NCBI GenBank assembly: GCA_051362555.1
Contig: CM120648.1
Coordinates: forward strand, 20,022,587 to 20,086,586
DNA length: 64,000 nucleotides
From: Lingula anatina
Taxonomy: Eukaryota; Animalia; Brachiopoda
Direction of reading: 5' to 3'
A program made the position numbers and the translations under genes. The notes under the pieces were generated by a model, which was not told the DNA's origin, ran no database searches, and saw nothing but the letters and a program-made list of their open reading frames with translations. Below, one piece after another: positions 63,738 through 64,000 of this stretch (the stretch's first letter is position 1; every line of letters begins with the position of its first letter).

Positions 63738-63800
63738 GTCTATGACGAGTCAACTCACTGTTGATAGGAACCCCTTGAACTCCAAGGAAATGTTTCACTT

Positions 63801-64000
63801 TATAGAGACAGGCAACAAGACGGGAATGTTGACGGGTTGAACTAATCTTTATTCTTGCTTTCTAACATCCAATCAACCATGGCGGGTTGAAATCAACCGT
63901 GAAACTAAAAGGAAACAAATAACAAAATAAATAAATGAATTCATGACAACTGTAAGAAACCAGTTAAAATACCTGTACTATACCTCAAATGTTCACAATA
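63801..64000 (-). repeat. Inner end of the 5' LTR (partial)
   Basis: By eye identical to 55971-56170 except base 2 (TAT vs TGT). Confidence 0.95.

Larger units (their letters stand above)
55971..64000 (-). mobile_element. BEL/Pao LTR retrotransposon, near full length (5' LTR runs off the window)
   Basis: LTR copies start at 55971 and 63801; single gag-pol frame with Pao domain order Gag-PR-RT-RH-IN. Confidence 0.97.

Overview
AT-rich, repeat-dense eukaryotic genomic DNA, most likely a marine invertebrate (lophotrochozoan/mollusc-like HINE satellites and NHL/Roco gene families; the taxon is inference). Most of the window is nested transposons: the 3' end of a tyrosine-recombinase retrotransposon, two degenerate ISL2EU-like elements with AT target duplications, several MITEs, Helentron-type HINEs with internal satellites, and a young BEL/Pao LTR retrotransposon. 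Spread through this on the + strand are a decayed TRIM-type RING exon, an intact NHL beta-propeller exon, five intact Staufen-type exons encoding only dsRBD1-dsRBD2, and five exons of a Roc (Roco-family) GTPase domain. By hand translation, every junction from the NHL exon through the Staufen exons into the Roc exons is GT-AG, phase-compatible and stop-free. The most interesting hypothesis is a chimeric NHL-dsRBD-Roc(COR) gene made by transposon-assisted exon shuffling. That splicing is predicted, not demonstrated.
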